NCBI GenBank assembly: GCA_045863395.1
Contig: BTVJ01000013.1
Location: 32,001 to 96,000 of the forward strand
Direction of reading: 5' to 3'
From: Myxococcales bacterium
GTDB lineage: Bacteria > Myxococcota_A > UBA9042 > JABWCM01 > BTVJ01
Length of the DNA: 64,000 nucleotides
The notes below the pieces were generated by a model. That model saw only the letters and a program-made list of their open reading frames with translations. It did no database searches and had not been told where the DNA came from. Below are positions 29,574 through 37,742 of the stretch, piece after piece (positions within the stretch are counted from its first letter, which is position 1; every line of letters begins with the position of its first letter). A program made the position numbers and the translations under genes.

Positions 29574-30003
29574 GCTCCTCCTCTCCATCTCCCTCTCTCT
29601 GTCACTCCTCGCGTGCTCCCAGAGCCCGAGCGAGTCGCTGCAGGCGACGTTCCAGGCTGCCGGCGACGGCGACTTCGACGCGTTCCGGGACGGCTTCACG
29701 CGCCGCTCCGGGAACTTCCTGGCGGGCCTCGACGCGGCCGCCGCACAGGGTCACGCTGCGTTCTCCTTCCACGCCATGAGGGGCACACCCACCATCCTGG
29801 CGGAGCAGCCCATCGGCCAGGTGGTTGTCGTTCAGGCCCGGCTAGGCAACGTCACGCTGCCGTTCCCCATGGTGGAGGAGCGCGGGCGGTGGCGCATCGA
29901 CCTGCGCACCGCGGTCGAGCTGTGGTACCGCTTCGGGTCCGGCCCCTTTGCGCCGGCGCTCCCCGACTCGCCTGGACGCTTCGGGGGGCCGGAGGTACAG
30001 TAG
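29536..30003 (+). CDS. Small lipoprotein, NTF2/DUF4878-like, paralogue 1; start uncertain and overlapping the tRNA
   Basis: Lipobox LLAC (Cys at 29614), SPSES...GDFDAFRDGFTRRS...MVEERGRWRID; in-frame starts only at TTG 29518/29527/29536 or ATG/GTG 29419/29407. Confidence 0.7.
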   Translation: MRPWGFESPFSHQLLLSISLSLSLLACSQSPSESLQATFQAAGDGDFDAFRDGFTRRSGNFLAGLDAAAAQGHAAFSFHAMRGTPTILAEQPIGQVVVVQARLGNVTLPFPMVEERGRWRIDLRTAVELWYRFGSGPFAPALPDSPGRFGGPEVQ

Positions 30004-30008
30004 GCGCC

Positions 30009-30404
30009 GTGGGCCTGCGACCAACCATCTACGCGCTCCTGCTCGTGCTCCTCGTGTCGGCGTGCGCCGAGACGCCCTCCGAGGCGTACGTCCGCGCTCG
30101 CACCACCGCCGAGGCCAAGGACGAGGACGCCTTCCTCGCGCACATGACCAGGCGCTCCGCCGCGCTGCTCCGCTCCCTGGAGGCGACGCGCAAGGACACG
30201 GCCGGTCGCCTTGCGTGGCTGTCGTCGCCCTTCGACGTCCACGCCTTCGGCGAGGTCGTCTCGGAGGAGCGCTTCGACGAGGCGGCGGTGCTCGTCGTGG
30301 AGGGGCGCGGGCGGAGGGAGCGGGTGCTGATGCGCCTGGAGCGCGGGAGCTGGAAGATCGACGCCCTGGAGCTGGCGAGCTTCTGGCGACCCCTGGAGCG
30401 ATAG
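30009..30404 (+). CDS. Small lipoprotein, NTF2/DUF4878-like, paralogue 2
   Basis: GTG start, lipobox VSAC, TPSEAY...DEDAFLAHMTRRS...MRLERGSWKID. Confidence 0.75.
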   Translation: MGLRPTIYALLLVLLVSACAETPSEAYVRARTTAEAKDEDAFLAHMTRRSAALLRSLEATRKDTAGRLAWLSSPFDVHAFGEVVSEERFDEAAVLVVEGRGRRERVLMRLERGSWKIDALELASFWRPLER

Positions 30405-30412
30405 GAGCGCCC

Positions 30413-30823
30413 ATGAAGAAGCTGCTCGTGGTGCTCATCCTGGCGGCGCTGGTCGCTGGCGGCTGGTGGGCGTGGGACCGCTGGTTCCGCGGCGGCTCCC
30501 CCTCCGACGCCTACCGGCGCATGGTCAACGCTGCGCGGCTCGGCGATGAGGACACCTTCCTGGAGGGCTTCACCGAGAAGAGCCGCCCCCTCGTCAAGGC
30601 GCTCATCGCGCTCTCCCGCGACTACGAGGTGGTGCGCGAGGATCCCTACGAGCGCATCGTGCTCTCCGATGTGGTGGGCGAGACGGTGGAGGGGGACCGC
30701 GCGACCATCGTGACGGAGCAGGGCCGCAAGACGCGCGAGATCCGCATGACGAAGGTCGATGGGCGCTGGCAGATAGACGCCTTCGACCTGGACGAGGACT
30801 GGAGCCGCCCGGGCGCCCCGTGA
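30413..30823 (+). CDS. Membrane-anchored NTF2/DUF4878-like protein, paralogue 3
   Basis: AGGAG RBS, N-terminal TM, SPSDAY...DEDTFLEGFTEKS...MTKVDGRWQID. Confidence 0.8.
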   Translation: MKKLLVVLILAALVAGGWWAWDRWFRGGSPSDAYRRMVNAARLGDEDTFLEGFTEKSRPLVKALIALSRDYEVVREDPYERIVLSDVVGETVEGDRATIVTEQGRKTREIRMTKVDGRWQIDAFDLDEDWSRPGAP

Positions 30824-30857
30824 CCCACCGTTGGGCTACAACGAGCGAGGAGGACCG

Positions 30858-31097
30858 ATGGCAGAGGTGCTTCGACGAGTGACCGTGGACCGCATCGAGG
30901 GGAGCATTGCGGTGCTCCTCGACGGCGACTCCCAGGTGGACGTGCCGGTCGCGTGGCTCCCGAGCGGGACCGGCGAGGGCGCCGCGCTCACCGTGACCCT
31001 GGCGCTGGACGCCGAGAGCGAGGACGCCCTGCGCGCCCGGATCAAGGCCACGCAGCAGCGCCTGGTGAGCGGCGGCGACGACGAGATCGACCTCTGA
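30858..31097 (+). CDS. DUF3006-like small protein
   Basis: GAGGAGG RBS; TVDRIEGSIAVLL...VPVAWLPSGTGEG pattern. Confidence 0.75.
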   Translation: MAEVLRRVTVDRIEGSIAVLLDGDSQVDVPVAWLPSGTGEGAALTVTLALDAESEDALRARIKATQQRLVSGGDDEIDL

Positions 31098-32131
31098 CCC
31101 TGCGCCTGGTCCAGGCGAGCCCGCTGCACCGGCTCCTGGCGGACGGACCGGCGGACGCACCGCTCCTGGTCACGCGCTTGATGCCCCCGCTGCCCGGGCT
31201 CGGGGTCCAAAGCGCCCTGGAGGTGGCAAGCGACTTCGCCGCGCGACGGCCATCGCACCCCGCGCTCCCGCCAATCCTCACCGTTCGAGCCGGCCCAGGC
31301 GGCAGCGCCGAGTGGGTGGAGCCCATGCCCCACGGGGTCAGCCTCGCCGCGTTGCTCGAGGACGGCCCCCTGCCCCCTTCATCGGCGCTCCCCCTGCTGG
31401 GTCGGATCGCTGACGCCCTGGCCGCCATGCACGGTGCGGGCCTCTCCCAGCTCTGCATCTTGCCGGAGCGCGTCGTCATCGGCGCCGGCGGACAGGTCAC
31501 CCTGGTCGGCGCCGGCCTCGTGGACGCCTTGCGGACGCTCTCCCCCGGGATCCGCTTCCCGGGGGCGCAGTGGGAGCACCTGCACCCCGTGCCGGCCCTC
31601 ACTTCCCCGGAGCTCCTCCAGGGCGAGTCGGGCGAGCGGGTGGACGTGTTCGCCCTGGCCGCCCTCGCCTTCCTGTGCCTCACAGGGGGCCTCCCGTTCG
31701 TCGGCGGCGCCCTGGCCGTGTGGCGTGCCAGCCAGAGGGGCGAGGCCAGAGAGGCGAGCGATGTCTGCCCCGCGGTGAGCCGGGCCCTGTCGACGGCGCT
31801 GCGCCAGGGGCTCGGCGCGCACCCGTCACAGCGCCCGGAGAGCCCCCACGCGCTCCTCGACCTCCTGCGCATCGCGGCGGGCTCGCCCCGGGACGCGGCC
31901 GTCCATCTCGGACGACACCACCCGACCTGGTGGGACGCCCGACTCCCCACCGTGTCGGTCGACCCGGGCGACGACCCGTCGGGGAGCCTCCGCACGGCCC
32001 AGGCGGTGCTGGAGCAGCTCCACACCGCGGTGCGGGAGCGCAAGGGAGAGCCCCACCGGTGGCGGGGGCTGGTTCTCCTGGTGGCGGCGCTCCTGCTCCT
32101 CCTGCTCCTGCTGCCGCTGCTCCCCCCGTGA
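31094..32131 (+). CDS. Protein kinase-like pseudokinase with C-terminal TM (start uncertain: CTG 31094, TTG 31178 or ATG 31181)
   Basis: Kinase C-lobe remnants (GVSLAALL.DGPLP, IADALAAMH, SPELL, DVFALA, GLPF, PSQRP) but no HRD or DFG. Confidence 0.65.
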   Translation: MTLRLVQASPLHRLLADGPADAPLLVTRLMPPLPGLGVQSALEVASDFAARRPSHPALPPILTVRAGPGGSAEWVEPMPHGVSLAALLEDGPLPPSSALPLLGRIADALAAMHGAGLSQLCILPERVVIGAGGQVTLVGAGLVDALRTLSPGIRFPGAQWEHLHPVPALTSPELLQGESGERVDVFALAALAFLCLTGGLPFVGGALAVWRASQRGEAREASDVCPAVSRALSTALRQGLGAHPSQRPESPHALLDLLRIAAGSPRDAAVHLGRHHPTWWDARLPTVSVDPGDDPSGSLRTAQAVLEQLHTAVRERKGEPHRWRGLVLLVAALLLLLLLLPLLPP

Positions 32132-32154
32132 GCGACCCCTCACCCGGCACCGCC

Positions 32155-32184
32155 TTGACACACGCCAGGGGCTCGGGTAGCAAT
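32155..32184 (+). promoter_or_regulatory. Sigma70-type promoter of hrcA-grpE
   Basis: TTGACA-17 bp-TAGCAAT. Confidence 0.5.
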
Positions 32185-32216
32185 GGTGCGGGGGTTCTCG
32201 GGGAGACGCGCCGACC

Positions 32217-33281
32217 ATGTCCGCTTCCCATCAGAGCGCAGATCGCCAGGAGCTGACGGACCGCCAGCGCGAGGTGCTGCGCGCCCTCGTCGAGCTGCAC
32301 TTGGGTGACTCGCGGCCCGTCGGGTCCAGCGCCCTTGCACGCCGGCTGGGTGAGCGCTGGTCCTCGGCGACCCTTCGCGCCGACATGGCCGAGCTGGCCG
32401 AGCGCGGCTACCTGTCACAGCCACACACCTCTGCGGGGCGAGTCCCCACGAGCCTCGCGTGGCGCGCCTATGCAGAGGAGATCGCCTCGCGCCGCCCCCC
32501 GGCTGCCCAGGCAGGGTTTCGCGCAGCCCTGCGGAGCCCCGCGGACCGGACGACGCTCATGGCGCGAGCCTGCCGGGCGCTGGCGGAGCGAGTGCCCTAC
32601 GTGAGCGTAGTGGTGGCGCCGCCAGCGGAGGCTGCGGTGCTGACGCGCCTGGAGTTCGTCCCGCTGGAGCCGCGCAAGGTCCTGGCGGTCCTGATCACGC
32701 GGGGCGGCCGGGTCCACCACCGGGCAGTGACGCTGGACTTCGAGGTGACCCGGGCGGACCTGGAGCAGTTCCACAACCACCTCAACACCTGGATGACGGG
32801 CCTGACGCTGACGCAGATCCGCGACCGCATCGAGGAGGAGCTGGTGCGGGACCGTGCCCACGCGGACCGGGTCGTCCGAGGCGCCCTGCTCACCGGGAGG
32901 CGCGCCCTGGAGGAGGGGCTGGACGAGGGCGAGGTGGTGATCGAGGGCGGCACCCGCTTCCTGGCGATGGAGGGCTTCGGTTCGCTGGACCGGGTGCGCC
33001 CCGTCCTTCTCGCACTGGAGCGCAAGCAGAGCTGGCTGCGGCTCCTGGATCGCAGCATCCTGGCGCCCGCAGTGGGCGCCCGCCTCCACATCGACGCGCG
33101 CACCATCGACGGAGGCCTCGAGGAGTGCAGCGTGATCACGGCCCGCTGGAGCTGGGCGGGGGAGGCCGGAGCGCTGGGCGTCGTGGGCCCGGTGCGCATG
33201 GACTACGGGCGGGTGATCCCGCTCGTGCAGATCGCGGCCGCCACTCTGAGCGACGTGCTCGTACACGGAGCCCACGCCTGA
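32217..33281 (+). CDS. hrcA: Heat-inducible transcription repressor HrcA
   Basis: LTDRQREVL, PVGS, SSATLR, QPHTSAGRVPT, LGVVGPVRMDY. Confidence 0.93.
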   Translation: MSASHQSADRQELTDRQREVLRALVELHLGDSRPVGSSALARRLGERWSSATLRADMAELAERGYLSQPHTSAGRVPTSLAWRAYAEEIASRRPPAAQAGFRAALRSPADRTTLMARACRALAERVPYVSVVVAPPAEAAVLTRLEFVPLEPRKVLAVLITRGGRVHHRAVTLDFEVTRADLEQFHNHLNTWMTGLTLTQIRDRIEEELVRDRAHADRVVRGALLTGRRALEEGLDEGEVVIEGGTRFLAMEGFGSLDRVRPVLLALERKQSWLRLLDRSILAPAVGARLHIDARTIDGGLEECSVITARWSWAGEAGALGVVGPVRMDYGRVIPLVQIAAATLSDVLVHGAHA

Positions 33282-33298
33282 GGGGGCAAGGGGGACAC

Positions 33299-34006
33299 AT
33301 GACGAAGCTGGGACATGGAGCAGGACAGGGTGCGGCGGGGCGGTCGAACACGGTCGTGCCCAGCGAGCACGTCCTGATCGGCGACGACGACCTGGGCCTG
33401 GGGGCGGCGCTGCTGCAGGCGCTTCAGCACTTCGACGAGGGTCCCGCGGCGCCGCCGCCGACTCCGGCGCTGCCCGCTCCGACACCGGCTCCCGATCCGG
33501 CTGTCCACCAGGAGCTGGAGACTACCCGCCAGCGCCTCGACAAGGCCAACGGCCGCATCGAGGACCTGCGCCGGCAGGCGGACCGGCAGAGGGGCGAGTC
33601 GGAGCGCTTCGGCAACGAGCGGCTGCTCCGAGCGCTCCTCCCGTCCGTGGACAACCTGGAGCGGGCCATCGAGGCCGCCAGCCGCGGGTCCGGCGAGGCC
33701 CGGGCCCTCCTGGAGGGCGTGCGCATGGTCCACCGCCAGATCCTCCAGGATTTGGCGCAGTTCGGACTCACGTCCTTCGACTCCGTGGGCGAGCCCTTCG
33801 ACCCGGCGCGCCACGAGGCGGTCCAGCAGGTCAGTAATGATCGGTATCCGCCCGGCGTCGTCGTGGCGGAGTTCAGCCGAGGCTACCTGCTCCACGACCG
33901 GCTGCTGCGCCCTGCCCGCGTCGCCGTCAACGCCGGCGCTCCGGTTCGCCCTGTGCCACCGGACCACCAGCTCCCGGAGGGCTTCGAACCCGTCCTGGAC
34001 CCCTGA
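33299..34006 (+). CDS. grpE: Nucleotide exchange factor GrpE
   Basis: LLPSVDNLERA, GEPFDPARHEAV, GYLLHDRLLRPARVAV. Confidence 0.93.
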   Translation: MTKLGHGAGQGAAGRSNTVVPSEHVLIGDDDLGLGAALLQALQHFDEGPAAPPPTPALPAPTPAPDPAVHQELETTRQRLDKANGRIEDLRRQADRQRGESERFGNERLLRALLPSVDNLERAIEAASRGSGEARALLEGVRMVHRQILQDLAQFGLTSFDSVGEPFDPARHEAVQQVSNDRYPPGVVVAEFSRGYLLHDRLLRPARVAVNAGAPVRPVPPDHQLPEGFEPVLDP

Positions 34007-34021
34007 CCCCCCCCCGGGCTG

Positions 34022-35455
34022 TCAGAACCCGAAGTCGGCCTGGATCAGGACGTTGACGTCCGCCACCGTGCCGTAGGCGAGCCCGCTGCCGGCGAGGGAG
34101 CCCCGGGCGGGCGCCTCCAGGGGCACCTGCACCGCGACGCCCGGGCGCACCCCGGCGAAGTGGAACCTCAAGCCCCCCGTGAAGGCGTGGACCCCGAAGG
34201 CGAGGGCGTCGTGGACGTTCACGATGCCGGAGAACTCCGCCGAGAGGCTGATGATGTCCCCCGGCGTCCCGATGATCGACGCCGAGTAGCCGTAGTAGAC
34301 GCTGGTCGAGGGGCGCGGGTCATCCCGCACGCCGGCGAGGATCGAGAGCTGGTGAGAGGTCTGGATCAGCACGAACTCCAGGTCGACGCCTGCGACCAGG
34401 TAGGGCGTGATGCCCAGGTAGCTGTGCAGGAAGCGGCGCGCGTCCAGGGGGCTCGTCAGGGCGAGGGCGTCGGCCCGCTCGGTCCCTGACGGGAGCGCCA
34501 GCTCGACGCCATAGCCGAAGCCCACGGCCGGCCAGTCCCCGAAGTGGTGGCCGAAGCGCAGGTCCAGCGTGACGTTGCCCACCTCGAAGTTGGTCTCCCC
34601 GCCCAGCCTGAACCCGGCCAGCGGCACGGTCGCGATGATGGTCAGCAGGTCCAGGTTGACGGCGAACCAGGGCTCCAGGCTGAAGGTGATCGCCTCCTCC
34701 GGGTCCGAGACGATGCTGATCAGGGCGTCGAGGGAGCTCTGGTGCGCGGCAAAGTCGAAGGACTCGACGGCGGCCCGCTCGTCGGCGGTCAGCCCGGGCA
34801 CAGCCAGGAACAGCTCGCGCCGCTGGTCGGGGCTCGCGGCGGCCAGGGCGGTCAGATCGACGTCCTGCGCCAGGTCGACCAGGGGGACGACGTCTGGGTT
34901 CTGCGCCTTGTAGTCGTCGAGGACCTGCTTGGCGACCGCGCGCACCGGCGCGATCTGAAAGTGGATGCCGAACGCGATGGTCTCCACGTCCGTGGACGGC
35001 TTGATGAACGGGGAAGAGAACAGCCGCCCCAGCTCGAAGGCCCGGTCCTCGGGCTCCTCCGGCTCATCGGGCCTGGTCTGGTCGCCTGGGGCGACATCCG
35101 GCGCGTGGGGCGGCTTCAGCGGAGCGCCCGTCTGCGTATCATAGAGGCTCGGCGGCAGAAGCGACGGGTCCACGGGCGGCCCGGAGGGGCCCGGCGGCCC
35201 CGGGGGAGCCGGGTCCCCAATCGGGGTGGAGGTTCCCGGCGCCTGAGCACCTGGGGGAGCCTGCGCTTCGGGCGCCTGTGGCTCGGGCAGGGGGACGGGG
35301 GGCCCCGTCGGCTCGGCCGGCGGCGCGGGCGGTGAGCGGGGCGCCTCGTCCCCGAGGCGCTCGCGCAGGAAGGCCGGGAGCTCCTCGTCTTCCGGCGGGG
35401 TCTGCGCGACCGCGAGGCCAGGCAGCAGGAGCAGCAGTGCGATGCGGACCCTCAC
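34022..35455 (-). CDS. Secreted / probable outer-membrane protein with Pro-rich N-terminal region
   Basis: GGAGGT then GTG; signal peptide; amphipathic beta strands (GNVTLDLRF, LALPSG), ends in ADFGF (C-terminal Phe). Confidence 0.65.
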   Translation of the reverse strand: MRVRIALLLLLPGLAVAQTPPEDEELPAFLRERLGDEAPRSPPAPPAEPTGPPVPLPEPQAPEAQAPPGAQAPGTSTPIGDPAPPGPPGPSGPPVDPSLLPPSLYDTQTGAPLKPPHAPDVAPGDQTRPDEPEEPEDRAFELGRLFSSPFIKPSTDVETIAFGIHFQIAPVRAVAKQVLDDYKAQNPDVVPLVDLAQDVDLTALAAASPDQRRELFLAVPGLTADERAAVESFDFAAHQSSLDALISIVSDPEEAITFSLEPWFAVNLDLLTIIATVPLAGFRLGGETNFEVGNVTLDLRFGHHFGDWPAVGFGYGVELALPSGTERADALALTSPLDARRFLHSYLGITPYLVAGVDLEFVLIQTSHQLSILAGVRDDPRPSTSVYYGYSASIIGTPGDIISLSAEFSGIVNVHDALAFGVHAFTGGLRFHFAGVRPGVAVQVPLEAPARGSLAGSGLAYGTVADVNVLIQADFGF

Positions 35456-35637
35456 GGACCACCTCCGGCGCCCAGAGTAGCAGATCCGGCCTGGCCGCGT
35501 CGCCGGTCCCGATGACAGGCGCGCCGGTGGACCCGGGCGAGCGGGGCCGGCGAGGGCGCCGCAGCCGCGCCTCAAGGGGCGCCGCCATGACAAGTAGCGG
35601 TTGACACCGCTGGGGCGCAATGGTTGATTGGCACCCG

Positions 35638-36534
35638 ATGAACCGGCGCAACATCGACGGCGGACACATCCGCCTGACGGTCCTCCGCGGTGTGCCGCGC
35701 GGCTCCGTGCGCAGCCGCTGGACCATCCCTGTCCTGTCCGCCGTGACCTTCCTCGTGGCTGTCGGCGCCATCGCCCTCTACTGGGTCGAGGTCTTCGGAC
35801 CCATCTTCGACAAGCCCATGGACCCGAAGGCAAAGGCCGCCTACCTGGAGTGGATGCGGGAGCTGGGCGAGAAGGCGCGCGTGGAGGCCGAGATAGGCGA
35901 GCCCGGCCCCGTGCAGCTCGCAATCCTGGGGGCGGCACGGCGCGAGGTGGAGCGGGGCGTCACGTACTCGGACAAGTACTACACCATCGCCTTCCCTGGC
36001 GGTGACGTTCCGGCGGAGATCGGCGCCTCGACGGACCTGGTGGTGCGCGCGCTGCGCAGCGTGGGCCTCGACCTTCAGGCGGCCATCCACGAGGACCGCA
36101 AGCTGAACCCGGACCGCTACCCCACGCAGCGCAAGCGGCGAGTCGCCCTGGACCCGAGCATCGACCACAGGCGTGTGGCCAACGTCTTCGTGTGGCTCAA
36201 GAACCACGCCCAGGAGCTGACCACCCGCACGGACCCGGAGTCCCTGCGGCGCTATCACCCCGGGGACCTGATCCTATGGGGCTTGGACGGCAACCGCTTC
36301 CCCGTCCACCTGGGCGTGGTGTCCGACAAGCGCAACAAGGATGGCGTCCCCTATGCGGTGGACCTGAACCGGAAGGACGGCACCGCCTCCGAGACCCATC
36401 TGGTGACGGACTGGTACGTGAGCGCCCACTTCCGCATCACGGAGGTGCCCGCCGTCGCCCAGGCGCAGCCCGCAGCGAAGACGCTGCCCGGCGGGGCCGG
36501 CGCGCCGGAGGGCGGCACCCCGCGGCCCCGCTGA
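35638..36534 (+). CDS. DUF1287 family membrane-anchored protein
   Basis: TM helix then FPGGDVP, VVRALRSVGLDLQ..IHED, IDHRRVAN, PGDLILW, HLGVVSD. Alternative start at 35620. Confidence 0.85.
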   Translation: MNRRNIDGGHIRLTVLRGVPRGSVRSRWTIPVLSAVTFLVAVGAIALYWVEVFGPIFDKPMDPKAKAAYLEWMRELGEKARVEAEIGEPGPVQLAILGAARREVERGVTYSDKYYTIAFPGGDVPAEIGASTDLVVRALRSVGLDLQAAIHEDRKLNPDRYPTQRKRRVALDPSIDHRRVANVFVWLKNHAQELTTRTDPESLRRYHPGDLILWGLDGNRFPVHLGVVSDKRNKDGVPYAVDLNRKDGTASETHLVTDWYVSAHFRITEVPAVAQAQPAAKTLPGGAGAPEGGTPRPR

Positions 36535-36544
36535 TCGTGCTCCG

Positions 36545-37726
36545 CTAGGGAAGTGGCACTCCCCGCGCCCCCACCGCGACCCGCCACAGCCGCCCCTGGA
36601 AGAGCTCCGTGACGTAGAGCGAGCACGGGTCGAAGCCGTCCGCCGCACCGAAGGCGAGGCTCGCCGGGTTCTTGACGTCGCCGTTGAGCACCGTCGGGCC
36701 GCCCAGGCCATCTCCGCGGACGCGCACGATCTGCCCCGCGAAGTTGGCGGCCACGTAGACCCGGTCGTGCTCGTCCACGGCGAGGCCGTCCGGCAGGGCG
36801 GTGCCCCCGAGCGTCGCGATGACCTGGCGAGGGGCACCGCTCGGGAGGCCGTCGGCGCCCACGGGGACACGGGTCACCTCGCCGTCGGCGGTGAAGGTGG
36901 ACGCCACGTACAGAGCCGCACCGTCCGGGGAGTAGCCGAGGCCGTTGGGCGAGCCGATGTCGTCCAGGGCCACGGTCACCGCCCCGCCGGGCGCGACCAG
37001 GAACACGCGCGTGTCGAAGTCGTCGGAGACCAGCGTCGCGCCGTCCGGCGTGGAGACCACGAAGTTCGGGCTGGCCATGGGGTCGCTCACCTTGGTCACG
37101 ACGCCGGCCGGATCCACGTGCCAGAGCGCGCCGTCAAGCACGTCCACCTTGGTGCTCTCGCCCAGGTCCGCCACGAGGAGGCCGCCGTCGGGGGCTGGCG
37201 CGAGCCCCAAGGCGCGAGGGATGATCGCGAAGGGCTCGGCGGTGCCGTCCGCCTGGATCCGCCAGATCTGTCCCGTCTTCTGCTGGGAGACGTAGAGCGC
37301 GCTGCCGGGGCCGAAGGCGATGCCCTCCACGCCGCCGTCGAAGGCCTCGTGGAAGACCTGCCCCTCGCCCACCGCCAGGTCGTCCCAACACTCGTCGGGG
37401 ATGGGCGTCTCGGCGATGTCCACAGCGACCTCGCCCGTGTCCGGTGCCGAGACGTCCGCCGTGATTGCGTCCGCCGTAGTTGCGTCCGCCATGGTCGCGT
37501 CGGCCGCTGAGTCGGCCCCGCCTGCGCCGTCACCGCCCGACAGGTCGGGGGTGGTCGGGGCATCACCCACGTCGCCCATCGGCGCATCCTGGGCGGCCAC
37601 ATCCCCTCCCGGCGCATCCTGGCTCATGGAGGCGTCTTCGCTCCCACCATCTGCTCCGGACGGTGGCGGGCTCTCCGAGCCGCAGGACACGCACAGCGCC
37701 GCCGCGCACAGCCACCGCCGAACCAT
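36545..37726 (-). CDS. SMP-30/gluconolactonase/LRE family lipoprotein
   Basis: Lipobox, Asp-rich stalk, EGIAFGP, SPNGLGYSPDG, PDGLAVD, NPASLAFG. Confidence 0.85.
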   Translation of the reverse strand: MVRRWLCAAALCVSCGSESPPPSGADGGSEDASMSQDAPGGDVAAQDAPMGDVGDAPTTPDLSGGDGAGGADSAADATMADATTADAITADVSAPDTGEVAVDIAETPIPDECWDDLAVGEGQVFHEAFDGGVEGIAFGPGSALYVSQQKTGQIWRIQADGTAEPFAIIPRALGLAPAPDGGLLVADLGESTKVDVLDGALWHVDPAGVVTKVSDPMASPNFVVSTPDGATLVSDDFDTRVFLVAPGGAVTVALDDIGSPNGLGYSPDGAALYVASTFTADGEVTRVPVGADGLPSGAPRQVIATLGGTALPDGLAVDEHDRVYVAANFAGQIVRVRGDGLGGPTVLNGDVKNPASLAFGAADGFDPCSLYVTELFQGRLWRVAVGARGVPLP

Positions 37727-37742
37727 GGTCGCGCCTCCTGGG

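Noticed and set aside
29486..32131. Genomic island or prophage integrated at tRNA-Leu
   Set aside because: No integrase and no duplicated tRNA 3' end (att) was spotted in the window; composition looks like the flanks.
35601..35629. TTGACA as a promoter for the DUF1287 gene
   Set aside because: The -35 is perfect but there is no convincing -10 at 16-18 bp spacing.
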